Origin: Eledone cirrhosa
Lineage: Eukaryota
Assembly (NCBI GenBank): GCA_964016885.1
Contig: OZ024763.1
Coordinates: 28,768,001 to 28,832,000, forward strand
Length of the DNA stretch: 64,000 nt
Reading direction: 5' to 3'
A program made the position numbers and the translations under genes. Positions 26,011-41,712 of this stretch are shown piece after piece; the stretch's first letter is position 1; each line of letters starts with the position of its first letter. The notes under the pieces were generated by a model that was not told the origin of the DNA, did no database searches, and saw only the letters and a list, made by a program, of their open reading frames with translations.

Positions 26011-26145
26011 ATGTATATATGTGTATGTATATTTGGCTGACTGTCTTTGTTTATGTAAGTGGGTTTTTTGTATATTATATTTTTGTGTGTACGAGATTAT
26101 ATATACATATATATATATACATATATATGTATATATATATATATT

Positions 26146-26190
<45 letters not shown>

Positions 26191-26597
26191 GTGTGTATGT
26201 CACTCTATGAGTCTGTCTGTGTGCATGTGCGTGTCTGTGTATACGTCTCTCTGTGTATGTTTGTGCGTGTGTGTGTGTGTGTGCGTCTCTGTGTGAGTAT
26301 GTCGGTGTATATATGTGTGTGTCGGTATGTGTCTTTGTGCGCGTGTCTGTGTGTATGTGTGTATGTGTGTGTGTGTCTGTGCATATATATGTGTTTTCGT
26401 GTGTGTGTGTGTGCACGTGCATGCCTGTGTGTGTGTGTGTGTGTGCACATGCATGCCTGTGTGTGTGTGCATGCGTCTGTGTGTCTGTGTGCGTATGTGT
26501 GTGTGTGTCCGTATATATGTGTGTACGTGTGTGTTTGTGTGCATGCCTCTCTCCCTGTGTGCGTGTCTGTGTATCTTTCTGTGTGTGTATGTGTTTG

Positions 26598-27700
26598 TCT
26601 GAGTGTGCCTGTTTGTGTGTGTATGTGTCTCTGTATATAGGTGTTTGTGCGTCTGTGTGTCTGAGTGTGTCTCTGTATATGGGTGTTTGTGCGTCTGTGT
26701 GTCTGAGTGTGTCTCTGTATATGGGTGTTTGTGCGTCTGTGTGTCTGAGTCTGTCTCTGTATATGGGTGTTTGTGTGTCTGTGTGTCTGAGTGTGTCTCT
26801 GTATATGGGTGTTTGTGCGTCTGTGTGTCTGAGTGTGTCTCTGTATATGGGTGTTTGTGCGTCTGTGTGTCTGAGTGTGTCTCTGTATATGGGTGTTTGT
26901 GTGTCTGTGTGTCTGAGTGTGTCTCTGTATATGGGTGTTTGTGTGTCTGAGTGTGTCTCTGTATATGGGTGTTTGTGTGTCTGTGTGTCTGAGTGTGTCT
27001 CTGTATATGGGTGTTTGTGTGTCTGAGTGTGTCTCTGTATATGGGTGTTTGTGTGTCTGTGTGTCTGAGTGTCTCTCTGTATATGGGTGTTTGTGCGTCT
27101 GTGTATCTGAGTGTGTCTCTGTATATGGGTATTTGTGTGTCTGTGTGTCTGAGTGTGTCTCTGTATATGGGTGTTTGTGTGTCTGTGTGTCTGAGTGTGT
27201 CTCTGTATATGGGTGTTTGTGTGTCTGTGTGTCTGAGTGTGTCTATGTATATGGGTGTTTGTGTGTCTGTGTGTCTGAGTGTGTCTCTGTATATGGGTGT
27301 TTGTGTGTCTGTGTGTCTGAGTGTGTCTCTGTATATGGGTGTTTGTGCGTCTGTGTATCTGAGTGTGTCTCTGTATATGGGTATTTGTGTGTCTGTGTGT
27401 CTGAGTGTGTCTCTGTATATGGGTGTTTGTGCGTCTGTGTGTCTGAGTGTGTCTCTGTATATGGGTGTTTGTGTGTCTGTGTGTCTGAGTGTGTCTATGT
27501 ATATGGGTGTTTGTGTGTCTGTGTGTCTGAGTGTGTCTCTGTATATGGGTGTTTGTGTGTCTGTGTGTCTGAGTGTGTCTCTGTATATGGGTGTTTGTGC
27601 GTCTGTGTATCTGAGTGTGTCTCTGTATATGGGTATTTGTGCGTCTGTGTGTCTGAGTGTGTCTCTGTATATGGGTGTTTGTGCGTCTGTGTGTCTGAGC
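26598..27700. repeat. 42-bp minisatellite, about 26 copies
   Basis: CTGAGTGTGTCTCTGTATATGGGTGTTTGTG(T/C)GTCTGTGTGT. Confidence 0.95.
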
Positions 27701-28297
27701 GTGTGTGTGTGTGTGTTATCTGTGCGTGTCTACGTGATCGTGTTTACGTATATGCTATAGATTATGTCCGTGTGTCATACTTGCATGTGTACAGTTAAGT
27801 TATTTATAATTTATGTAACATTTAACACTCGCTATCATTTCATCATGGCGACTGTGTTACGATATTCGTTCAGAAACTATACAAAAACAAAAACCATAAA
27901 AATAATAAAAAAAACCACCAAAGAAATCAAAAACATAATATATTTTTCCATAAAAGTATGTCGACGAAAAAATTCAGAAGAAAAAAATTGCTATAAAGTT
28001 ACAACCAAATAACTACTTCTATCTCTTTCTTCTCTTCCAAAATATAGATAACTTGATGCCACAATGATTATGAGAATTTATAATATTGGTGTTAGTTTAA
28101 GTAGATGAATGGAGGAGAGATTTTGTGAATATGTGATAGACTGTTACTAAGACTGAAGGGGAAATTGTAAAAGATTCATCATAACCTTAGGACATTGAAA
28201 AGTAAAATATAAAAAAAATATTTAAAGATATGAAGCGATAAATTAATAGATAGAAAAAGGTGTAAATGAACTGACTGAGGAAATTTATAAACAGAAG

Positions 28298-28341
<44 letters not shown>

Positions 28342-28512
28342 GAATCTATGTATATATATATATATATATATGTATATGTATATATATATCTGTATGTATG
28401 TATATATGTGTGTATGTATGTATATATATATATATATATACATATATATATCTGTTTGTATGTATGTATGTATATATATATATATGTATGTATATATATA
28501 TATCTGTATGTA

Positions 28513-28549
<37 letters not shown>

Positions 28550-28572
28550 ATGTATATGTATGTATGTATATG

Positions 28573-28611
<39 letters not shown>

Positions 28612-28718
28612 GTATATATATGTATATATATATATGTATGTATATGTATGTATATATATGTATGTATGTATATATATATGTATGTATGTATGCATATATA
28701 TGTATGTATATATATATG

Positions 28719-28750
<32 letters not shown>

Positions 28751-28929
28751 TATGTATGTATATATATATGTATATATGTAAATATATATGTATAAGTATA
28801 TATGTACATACATATATGTATATATACATATGTATATATATATACATATGTATATATACATATATGTATATACATATATATGTACATACATATATGTATA
28901 TATACATATGTATATATGTATATATATAC

Positions 28930-29031
<102 letters not shown>

Positions 29032-29116
29032 GTATATATATACATATATACATATGTATATATACATATATGTATGTACATATATATGTATATACATATA
29101 TGTATATATACATATG

Positions 29117-29420
<304 letters not shown>

Positions 29421-29742
29421 GTTTAGATAGATAGATAAATAGATAGATATTCAATTTAAACATATATAAGTAATACAATATAAAGATGCACATATCATGA
29501 TATATATATATGTTTAGAGTTGTTTCTCAGCTGTGTCAGTCAAGGTAAAGAAACCAGAGGGCAACACCATCACTACATATATTTGAAATATTGAAACAGT
29601 TATTCATAACTGTAACAAAATGAAAGGTTACCTCCCCTTCTTTCTCTGAAAAAGCCCCTAAAAATCCACCATATCGAAACAACAACAACTGCAATGATGC
29701 CAAAAACACTATCACCAACGTATCTATACATATATGTGTGTG

Positions 29743-29822
<80 letters not shown>

Positions 29823-29857
29823 ATATTCGCTATTATATATATATATATGTATGTATG

Positions 29858-30049
29858 TAACGAAGGAAATGTGGTAAGGAACCAGGTGGACCATAAAGCA
29901 CCAAAGTACTCAATACATAGGGTAGTAGGGTGGGTAATAGGAACGAGTAGGTCCCCGACAGCTGAGCTCAAGCCGTTTTGACGGCTAATTCTCAGAATTA
30001 GCCGTCGAAACGGCTTTAGCTCAGCCGTCGGGGTCCTACTCGTTCCTAT
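29858..30049 (-). mobile_element. Penelope-like pLTR remnant, family C, with a 113-bp near-palindrome
   Basis: Arms 29937-29992 and 29994-30049; contains GTC GAAA CGGCT..AGCCG TC GGGG; the terminal segment is the reverse complement of 18470-18553. Confidence 0.65.
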
Positions 30050-30134
30050 ATATGTATGTATATGGATAGATTGATAGAAATGTACATGAATAGATCGAAA
30101 GATAGATAGCTAGAAACATACATACATACATGGT

Positions 30135-30440
30135 CGTGGTTGCCAACTCGTTTTCGAGTACGGCTACTACTTTATATCCATGTAGGATAACCCCTACTGA
30201 TGCGATGAAGGAGTCTGACTTTTTAGTCCAGCCAGCGACGTGAAAACTCTGGTACAAACACTACACTTGTGACAATTACTGACACATAGTGCTGGGCCCA
30301 TGGTACCATGTGACGACAAGTGCAGAGAGATCTCCAGATATAAAGCAATGCCTGTGCCGTGAAGCTTTTATAGTGAGCACAAAGCCAGTCCCACTCTCTT
30401 AACCAAGATGATATTTACCAAAAAGAAGAACAAGTCAACA
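30135..30440 (-). mobile_element. Dispersed repeat with RTE-like 3' hairpin (CTCG-TTTT-CGAG)
   Basis: 30135-30340 matches 42708-42913 in reverse; 30345-30440 resembles 51666-51776. Confidence 0.6.
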
Positions 30441-30644
30441 TACATACATACATACACGCATACATACATACACACATACATACATACATACATACATACA
30501 TACACACATGCATACATACATACATACATACATACATACATACATGCATACACTCACACATACATACATACATACATACATACATACATACATACATACA
30601 TACATACATACATACATACATACATACAAACTAGTTGTGTATGT

Positions 30645-32065
30645 ATTATCATCAGAAGCACCACCGATAACACCAGCATCATCACCAGCAGCAACACCAT
30701 CAACAACAACACCACTACCCTCTACACCATCAACACTAACAACAACATCAGCTTCAAAACCACCGCCAACAACAACACCATCGACAACAGCAACACCAAC
30801 ACCAACAAAAACACCCTCACCGTCAACATAACCACCACCACCAACACCACCACCATCGCCAACACCAGCACCATCGCCAACAACAACGCCATCGCCAACA
30901 ACAACACCATCGCCAACACCACCACCATCACCACCAACAACAGCATCATCACAAACACCACCACCAATACCACCAGCAGCAAAACCCACAGCAACACCAA
31001 CGACACCACCAACAACAACGCCACCAACAACACCACCACCAGCAACACCATCAACAACAACAATACCACGACCATCACCACCAACAACAATACCACCACC
31101 GTCAATACCATCAACAACAACAATACCACCACCACCACCACCAACACCACCATCAACACCATCAACAACAACACCAACAACACCACCAACAACACCACCA
31201 ACAACACCAGCACTAACAACATCACACCACCAGCAACAACTTCACACCAACACCATCACCAACAACACCACCACCACGAGCAACAACAACAACACCAACA
31301 CCAACGCCACCAGCAGCAACATCACACCATCACCAACAACACCACCACCGCCAGCAACAACAACAACACCAACACCACCATCAACAACATCACACCACCA
31401 CCAGCAACAACGTCATACCATCACCACCCAACAACACCATCAACATCACCACCAACACCAACACCAACAACACCAACACCACCAACAACATCACACCACC
31501 ACCAGCAACAACATCACACCAACAACACCACCAACACCAACACCACCAACAACACCAACACCACCATCAACAACACCATCAACACCAACACCAACAATAC
31601 CATCAACACCACCACCAACACCAACACCACCAACAACATCACACCACCACCAACAGCACCATCACACCATCACCAACAACACCACCAATACCAACACCAC
31701 CCAACAACACCATCAACACCACTACCAACAACACCAACACCACCCAACAACACCATCAACACCACCACCACCAACAACACCACCAACACCATCAACAACA
31801 CCATCAACACCACCACCAACAACAACATCACCAACAACAACATCAACAACACCAACAACAACAACACCAACAACAACACCAACAACAACACCACCAACAA
31901 CAACACCAACAACACCATCAACCACAACACCAACAACAATACCAACAACACCACCACCATCAACACCACCACCAACACCATCAACAACACCATCAACACC
32001 ACCACCAACAACACCACCACCACCACCAGCACTACCACCACCACCACCACCATCAACACCATCAG
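30645..32065. repeat. (AAC/ACC)n compound microsatellite
   Basis: Low-complexity CAA/CAC triplets with frame slips. Confidence 0.9.
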
Positions 32066-32337
32066 CAAATCTCTGACGATGGTTTTTACAACAGTATGAT
32101 ATAATATCTGAGATTGGTGTAAAAAAAAAAAAGTAGGAGCAGGCAATAATATGAGAAAAGCGTAAGATATATTAGAACGATGTTAACAGGTCAACAACAT
32201 GTTGTTATCTGCATGATGTGTGGAAATGTCACAGGCGCATGAATACATCGTAATGAACACTGAAAGAAAGTGACTGACGGAGGGCTTCATAATTTATTCA
32301 TTTATCTATCGATTTATATATTTATACATTTATATAT

Positions 32338-32376
<39 letters not shown>

Positions 32377-32532
32377 TTTGTTTGTTTGTTTGTTTGTTTG
32401 TGTGTTAGTTTTTGAGTTTATTTATTTAAGGTACTTGACGGCTTTCTTTTCAAAATATATTTTTATTTATGGATGTTGAAGCGCACTGAAATATTCTGAA
32501 ATTAGACATCGCTTTCCTTTTTTCTTTGCACG

Positions 32533-32620
<88 letters not shown>

Positions 32621-32623
32621 AAT

Positions 32624-32809
<186 letters not shown>

Positions 32810-32822
32810 TTAAATGTGTGTG

Positions 32823-32879
<57 letters not shown>

Positions 32880-32925
32880 ATATGTATCTATGTGTGTATG
32901 TGAATAAATTTCTCGCTCTCTCCCA

Positions 32926-32996
<71 letters not shown>

Positions 32997-33074
32997 CATA
33001 CAGAAACACAGACATATAAATACGGGTGTACATGCACATATATATTAATATATATATTTGTGTATATATATGGG

Positions 33075-33133
<59 letters not shown>

Positions 33134-33377
33134 AGATATATATATATATATTTGTATGTGTATATATATATGCATGCATATATATATATACGAATGTATA
33201 TATATATATATATTTGTATGTGTATATATATATATGTATATATGCCTGCATATTTATATATATATATATATATAATATACAAATGTATATATATATATAT
33301 ATATATATTGTGTTTCATGATTTCGTGGGCTGAGATTCCGATTCTCGATTATTTATTTATATATATATAATATACGA

Positions 33378-33410
<33 letters not shown>

Positions 33411-33614
33411 TATATATACACACACAGAGAGAGAAGTATGTATGCGTACACAATCATGTGTATAAATGGTTGTATCTGGACATTCATTGATTGATATTGA
33501 TCTGAGATATGATACACAGGTGAAAAAATATCGCGAGATAAAATGATCCCTCAATTGCGAGAGACTCTTTCATGTCAAGGTAACCATTATAAAGGGAAGT
33601 AACTAGTGACTGAC

Positions 33615-33684
33615 CTGTTGGATACCTTTCAAACGAGACATTTGTTGAAACCGGTTCTTTAGAAATTTGTGCATTCTCTCTCAT
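33615..33684 (-). CDS. Candidate exon (MRENAQISKEPVSTNVSFERYPT)
   Basis: Ends at a good donor CAG|GTCAGT; unique sequence; the acceptor or start is uncertain. Confidence 0.25.
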
Positions 33685-33759
33685 TAGATATCTCGCTTAA
33701 ATCAACTATGATTGTTGGATTGAAATACACACCTTGTGGTATGTCTATCTACTGATGTA

Positions 33760-33793
<34 letters not shown>

Positions 33794-33809
33794 ATGTGTG
33801 TGTGTGTAC

Positions 33810-33872
<63 letters not shown>

Positions 33873-34164
33873 ACCCACATTATATATATATTTATATGTT
33901 TACAATTATATATACATATATATATATATATCTGTATATGTATATGTATATATATTTATAATATATATGTATATATATATATATATATAATATGTATATG
34001 TATATATACATATATATATATGTATATATATATATTTATATATATCATCATCATCATCGTTTAACGTCCATCTTCCACGCTTGCATATATGTATGTATAT
34101 ATATATATGTGTGTCTGTGTATATATACGTATATATATATATACACATATATACATATACATAC

Positions 34165-34218
<54 letters not shown>

Positions 34219-34354
34219 GTGTGTGTGTATACCCTTTATTCTTTCCTTACCTTATAAAATTATATGTATTTTCACAAAAACGTATTCTGTCTCTTATATA
34301 TTCCATGTGCCATTACCAACCTCAATTTTCTCTATAACCTTCACTTTGTGTAGA

Positions 34355-34397
<43 letters not shown>

Positions 34398-34419
34398 CAA
34401 GGCGACGAACTGGCAGAGT

Positions 34420-34556
34420 GGTTAAGACGTCGGATAAAATGCTTTACGGTCTTCGTCCCACCCCATGGCACGCTTTGAGTTCACATCCCACCGGAGTCAA
34501 CTTTACCTTTCATCCTTTCGAGGTCGATAAATAAAGTACCAGTCCAGTACTGGAGT
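34420..34556 (+). mobile_element. Older, diverged SINE family 1 relative
   Basis: TGGCAGAGTGGTTAAG head and CCTTTCATCCTTTCGAGGTCGATAAATAAAGTACCAG. Confidence 0.7.
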
Positions 34557-34699
34557 CTATTCTTCATCTATAGAAAGAAATCGACTGAATTCAGACCTGA
34601 AGATGGTTGGGCTCCGCCATGTTTAAAATTACCCTAGATACACCATTTGACGGTGCCTCTATAACTCCACAAGGAGTTATGGCATCTTTATCCTCTATT

Positions 34700-35498
34700 G
34701 GTGGATTGGCAGTATCGGTAGAGGGTCGGACGCCATGCTTTGCTGCATAGAGTTACGGCCCTTGTCATTCTGAATTCAAATCCCGCCGAGGTTAACTTTG
34801 CCTTTCATCCTTACGGGGTCGATAAAATAAAGTACCAGTAATGCACTGGGTAATTGCTGGCCTTGTGCTTAAAGTAGAAACAATTATTTTAAGAGGGTCG
34901 GTGGATTGGCAGTATCGGTATAGGGTTGGACACCATGCTTTGCTGCATAGAGTTACGGCCCTTGTCATTCTGAGTTCAAATCCCGCCGAGGTTAACTTTG
35001 CCTTTCATCCTTACGGGGTCGATAAAATAAAGTACCAGTAATGCACTGTAATAATTGAATTGCTGGCCTTGTGCCTAAAGTAGAAACAATTATTTTAAGA
35101 GGGTCGGTGGATTGGCAGTATCGGTAGAGGGCCGGATGCCATGCTTTGACGCATCGAGTTACGGCCCTTGTCATTCTGAGTTCAAATCCCGCGAGGTTAA
35201 CTTTGCCTTTCATCCTTACGGGGTCGATAAAATAAAGTACCAGTAATGCACTGGGATAATTGAATTGCTGGCCTTGTGCCTAAAGTAGAAACAATTATTT
35301 TAAGAGGGTCGCTGGATTGGCAGTATCGGTAGAGGGTCGGATGCCATGCTTTGACGCATCGAGTTACGGCCCTTGTCATTCTGAGTTCAAATCCCGCCGA
35401 GGTTAACTTTGCCTTTCATCCTTACGGGGTCGATAAAATAAAGTACCAGTAATGTACTGGGGTAATTTCTGGCCTTGTGTCAAAAGTAGAAACAATTA
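34700..35498 (+). mobile_element. Tandem tetramer of SINE family 1
   Basis: Units start at 34700, 34900, 35106 and 35311, joined by the identical linker TTTAAGAGGGTC. Confidence 0.92.
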
Positions 35499-35939
35499 TA
35501 TATATATATTTACAGTTTAGATTATTTTCGCATTACCAATAGTTTCGTGGACGTAAATATGAAGTGATTAAAACATTAGAGAGCGCGAGATAATTTTCTT
35601 AGCGATGTTTGTTCCAGTGTTCTGTTCCATAAACACCAGCATTACCACAAACTGCAACCTCACCACCGCCTACATATACCCAAACACTGCTACCATCAGC
35701 TTCCTTCAACCACAAACACCTACACCACCACCAACACAACTATTTTAACCCTAACCATCGCTACCATCAATTCTCTAACCAGCAACAGCAACGACAAGAG
35801 CACAACAACAACCACCACCACTAGCACCATCAGTACACCATCGAAACTACCACCATCGCTCTACCACCACCACCAACACAACTATTTTAACCCTAACCAT
35901 CACAACCATCAATTTTCTAACCAGCATCAGCAGGATTAG

Positions 35940-36780
35940 GGCTACCACCACCACCACCACCACCACGCTATATACCACCGCCACCACTAGCACCACCACA
36001 CCACCACCACTACCATCAACACCACCACCACCACTAGCACCACCACGCTACATACCACCACCACCACCACTACTACCATCAACACCACCACCACTAGCAA
36101 CACCACACCACACCACCACCACTAGCACCACCACCACACCACCACCACCACCACTAGCACCACAACAACACCACCACGCTACATACCACCACCACCACCA
36201 CTAGCACCACAACAACACCACCACGCCACATACCACCACCACCACCACTAGCACCACAACAACACCACCACGCTACATACCACCACCACCACCACTAGCA
36301 CCACAACAACACCACCACGCTACATACCACCACCACCACCACTAGCACCACCACACCACCACCACTAGCACCACAACAACACCACCACTAGCACCACCAC
36401 ACCACCACCACGCTACATATCACCACCACCACTAGCACCACAACAACACCACCACACCACATACCACCACCACCACCACTAGCACCACAACAACACCACC
36501 ACGCTACATACCACCACCACCACCACTAGCACCACAACAACACCACCACGCTACATACCACCACCACCACCACTAGCACCACAACAACACCACCACGCTA
36601 CATACCACCACCACCACCACTAGCACCACAACAACACCACCACGCTACATACCACCACCACCACCACTAGCACCACCACCACTAGCACCACAACAACACC
36701 ACCACGCTACATATCACCACCACTAGCACCACCACACCACCACCACGCTACATACCACCACCACCACCACCACCACCATT
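35940..36780. repeat. About 47-bp minisatellite within (CAC)n
   Basis: ACTAGCACCACAACAACACCACCACGCTACATACCACCACCACCACC repeated. Confidence 0.9.
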
Positions 36781-36850
36781 AAGAAACGTGATTGTTAATC
36801 TGTTGTTTTAAGCCATCAGAACAAAAGATCGTTTCTCGCTCACGTCTCAC

Positions 36851-36912
36851 AATGCAACGCTGCACATTCTAATCACTGTCATGCAGATTACCAGTGCAGT
36901 TGCATAATTGCA
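36851..36912 (-). CDS. Candidate internal exon (CNYATALVICMTVIRMCSVA)
   Basis: Acceptor TTATTCCAG, donor TT|GTGAGA, only one open frame; a unique island between microsatellites. Confidence 0.3.
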
Positions 36913-37256
36913 CTGGAATAACACCAACAGCAGCACCACCAGCAGCACCACCAGCACCATCAGCAGTACCAACACCAGCACCAGCACCAGCACCAGTACT
37001 AACACCAACACCAGCACCACCAGCAGCACCACCAGCAGTACCAGCACCAGCAGCAACAGCAGCACTAACACCAACACCACCAACACCACCCCCAGCAGTA
37101 CCAACACCAGCAGCACCACCAGCAGTAGCACCAGCACCAACACCAGCACCAACAACAGCACCACTAGCAGTACCACCACCAGCACTATCAGCACCACCAC
37201 CAGTTCCAACACCACCAACACCAGCACCACCGTCAATAACAGCAACACCAGTATCT

Positions 37257-39200
37257 TGTGTGTCTGTGTGTGTGGCTGGGAGTGTGCGTCTGTATGTGTC
37301 TGTGTGTGTGGCTGGGAGTGTGTGTCTGTGTGTGTGGCTGGGAGTGTGTGTCTGTGTGTGTCTGTGTGTGTGGCTGGGAGTGTGTGTCTGTGTGTGTCTG
37401 TGTGTGTCTGTGTGTGTGGCCGGGAGTGTGCGTCTGTATGTGTCTGTGTGTGTGGCTGGGAGTGTGTGTCTGTGTGTGTGGCTGGGAGTGTGCGTCTGTA
37501 TGTGTCAGTGTGTGTGGCTGGGAGTGTGTGTCTGTGTGTGTCTGTGTGTGTGGCTGTGTGTCTGTGTGTGTCTGTGTGTGTGGCTGGGAGTGTGTGTCTG
37601 TGTGTGTGGCTGGGAGTGTGTGTCTGTGTGTGTGTGTCTGGGAGTGGGTGTCTGTGTGTGTGTCTGTGTGTGTGGCTGGGAGTGTGTGACTGTGTGTGTG
37701 TCTGTGTGTGTGGCTGGGAGTGTGTGTCTGTGTGTGGATGGGAGTGTGTGTCTGTGTGTGTGACTGGGAGTGCGTGTCTGTGTGTGTGTGGCTGGGAGTG
37801 TGCGTCTGTATGTGTGTGGCTGGGAGTGCGTGTCTGTGTGTGTGGCTGGGAGTGCGTGTCTGTATGTGTCTGTGTGTGTGGCTGGGAGTGTGTGTCTGTG
37901 TGTATGGCTGGGAGTGTGCGTCTGTATGTGTCTGTGTGTGTGGATGGGAGTGTGTGTCTGTGTGTATGGCTGGGAGTGTGTGTCTGTGTGTTTGTGTGTA
38001 TGGCTGGGAGTGTGTGTCTGTGTGTTTGTGTGTGTGGATGGGAGTGTGTGTCTGTGTGTATGGCTGGGAGTGTGTGTCTGTGTGTTTGTGTGTGTGGATG
38101 GGAGTGTGTGTGTGTGTGTCTGTGAGTGTGTGTCTGTGTGTGTCTGTGTGTGTGGCTGGGAGTGTGCGTCTGTGTGTGTCTGTGTGTGGCTGTGAGTGTG
38201 TGTCTGTGTGTGTCTGTGTGTGTGGCTGGGAGTGTGTGTCTGTGTGTGTCTGTGTGTGTGGCTGTGAGTGTGTGTCTGTGTGTGTGTGTGTCTGGGAGTG
38301 GGTGTCTGTGTGTGTGTCTGTGTGTGTGGCTGGGAGTGTGTGACTGTGTGTGTGTCTGTGTGTGTGGCTGGGAGTGTGTGTCTGTGTGCGTGGCTGTGTG
38401 TCGCTGTGTGTGTGGATGGGAGTGTGTGGCTGGGAGTGTGTGTCTGTGTGTGGATGGGAGTGTGTGTCTGTGTGTGTGACTGGGAGTGCGTGTCTGTGTT
38501 TGTGTGGCTGGGAGTGTGCGTCTGTATGTGTGTGGCTGGGAGTGCGTGTCTGTGTGTGTCTGTGTGTGTGGCTGTGAGTGTGTGTCTGTGTGTGTGTGTG
38601 TCTGGGAGTGGGTGTCTGTGTGTGTGTCTGTGTGTGTGGCTGGGAGTGTGTGACTGTGTGTGTGTCTGTGTGTGTGGCTGGGAGTGTGTGTCTGTGTGCG
38701 TGGCTGTGTGTCGCTGTGTGTGTGGATGGGAGTGTGTGGCTGGGAGTGTGTGTCTGTGTGTGGATGGGAGTGTGTGTCTGTGTGTGTGACTGGGAGTGCG
38801 TGTCTGTGTTTGTGTGGCTGGGAGTGTGCGTCTGTATGTGTGTGGCTGGGAGTGCGTGTCTGTGTGTGTGGCTGGGAGTGTGTGTCTGTATGTGTCTGTG
38901 TGTGTGGCTGGGAGTGTGTGTGTGTGGCTGGGAGTGTGCGTCTGTATGTGTCTGTGTGTGGCTGGGAGTGTGTGTCTGTGTGGGTGGCTGGGAGTGTGCG
39001 TCTGTATGTGTCTGTGTGTGTAGCCGGGAGTGTGTGTCTGTGTGTGTGGCTGGGGGTGTTTGTGTGTATGGCTGGGAGTGTATGTCTGTGTGTGTGGCTG
39101 GGAGTGTGTGTCTGTATGTGTCTGTGTGTGGCTGGGTGTGTGTCTGTGTGTGTGGCTGGGAGAGTGTTTGTGTGTGTGTGTGTGGCTGGGAGTGTGTGTC
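37257..39200. repeat. GGCTGGGAG-(TG)n minisatellite with a 310-bp internal duplication
   Basis: Recurring GGCTGGGAGTGTG; 38268-38560 is repeated at 38578-38870. Confidence 0.92.
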
Positions 39201-39702
39201 TGTGGGTGTATGTGTGTGTCTGTGTGTGTCTGTGTGTGTGTATCGTTGTGTGTCTGTGAATGTGTGCCTGTGTGTGCGTCTGTGAATGTGTGTCTGTGTG
39301 GATTGTGTGTGTCTATGAATGTGTGTGTGTCTGTGAATGAGTGTATGTGTGTGTGTGTGTGTCTGTGAATGTGTGTCTGTGTGTGTCTGGGCTATGTGTG
39401 TATGTGTGGATGTCTGTAAATGTGTGTGTGTCTGTATATGTGTGTGTCTGTGTGTTTGTGTCTGTGTGTCTGTGTCTGTGAATCTGTCTATGTGTGTGTG
39501 GACTGTGTGTATCTGTGTGTCTGAGACTGTGTGTGTATGTGTGTCAGTGTGTGACTGTATATATGTGTGTGTGTAACTATGTATATATGTGTGTGGCTGT
39601 ATATATATGTATCTGTGCGTGTTGGTGTAATGGTGGGTATAGCATTTTCACTTAGCGTCTTTATAGCAGTATTGTTTATGAAGATGAAATTATATAACAG
39701 GA

Positions 39703-39768
<66 letters not shown>

Positions 39769-39844
39769 ATGTGTGTATATATGTGTGTGTGTATATATAT
39801 ATGTGCGTGTGTGTGTGTGTATCTATATGCGTGTATGTATATAG

Positions 39845-39906
<62 letters not shown>

Positions 39907-39927
39907 ATATGTATATGTATATATACA

Positions 39928-39976
<49 letters not shown>

Positions 39977-40071
39977 GTGTGTGTGTATATATATATGTGT
40001 GTCTATACATGCGTGTGTATATATATATGTGCGTGTGTGTGTGTGTATATATATATGTGTGTATGTATATA

Positions 40072-40106
<35 letters not shown>

Positions 40107-40142
40107 GTGTGTGTGTGTGTACGTGTGTCTGTCAACGGGTAT

Positions 40143-40246
40143 ATGAAATTTGTCCCCCAAAAATGTGTACACACTTCAACAGCATTCTAATAAATTTTTC
40201 CTCTACTTGTAATTAAAGTGTGTATACATTTTGGGGGAACACCCTG
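40143..40246. mobile_element. About 100-bp Tc1/mariner-type MITE, second copy
   Basis: TGTCCCCCAAAAATGTGTACACACTT ... AAGTGTGTATACATTTTGGGGGAACACCCTG-TA; shares internal AACAGCATTCTA with the 18240 copy. Confidence 0.65.
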
Positions 40247-40351
40247 TATATATAAAGGATCGATCGACTTTTGTCAAATCGGACCGAGGAAACAATGTTT
40301 CCGTTGGTCTTTCCAATTGCTAGTACTCTCTATCGGTCGCAACTCCAAGTA

Positions 40352-40430
40352 GAAGGAGCAACGTGAAATAAATTATCTTGCTCAAGGACATAACGCATCA
40401 CCCGGTTCGGGAATCGAACTCACAACCTCA
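40352..40430 (-). mobile_element. SINE family 2 head/CORE fragment
   Basis: GGAGCAACGTGAAAT..TTGCTCAAGGACA..GGAATCGAACTC. Confidence 0.6.
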
Positions 40431-40435
40431 CAACC

Positions 40436-40683
<248 letters not shown>

Positions 40684-40698
40684 TATATATATATATAT

Positions 40699-40919
<221 letters not shown>

Positions 40920-40930
40920 TATATATATAT

Positions 40931-40989
<59 letters not shown>

Positions 40990-40990
40990 C

Positions 40991-41063
<73 letters not shown>

Positions 41064-41080
41064 CATATATATATATATAT

Positions 41081-41131
<51 letters not shown>

Positions 41132-41132
41132 C

Positions 41133-41211
<79 letters not shown>

Positions 41212-41216
41212 CATAC

Positions 41217-41523
<307 letters not shown>

Positions 41524-41526
41524 TAC

Positions 41527-41711
<185 letters not shown>

Positions 41712-41712
41712 A

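Noticed and set aside
30183-30255. CTGATGC...GAAA hammerhead-like motif in the 205-bp repeat
   Set aside because: The core is CUGAUGC in both copies, and there is no compatible stem III or UH site.
34597-34625. Minus-strand AAACATGGCGG start (MAEPNHLQ|GTCTGA) as a first exon
   Set aside because: No phase-compatible downstream exon found; the motif alone is insufficient.
39610-39705. Unique island reading as a TM helix on plus or a THAP-like LSENAIPTI on minus
   Set aside because: No usable splice sites and no other THAP residues; the two readings conflict.
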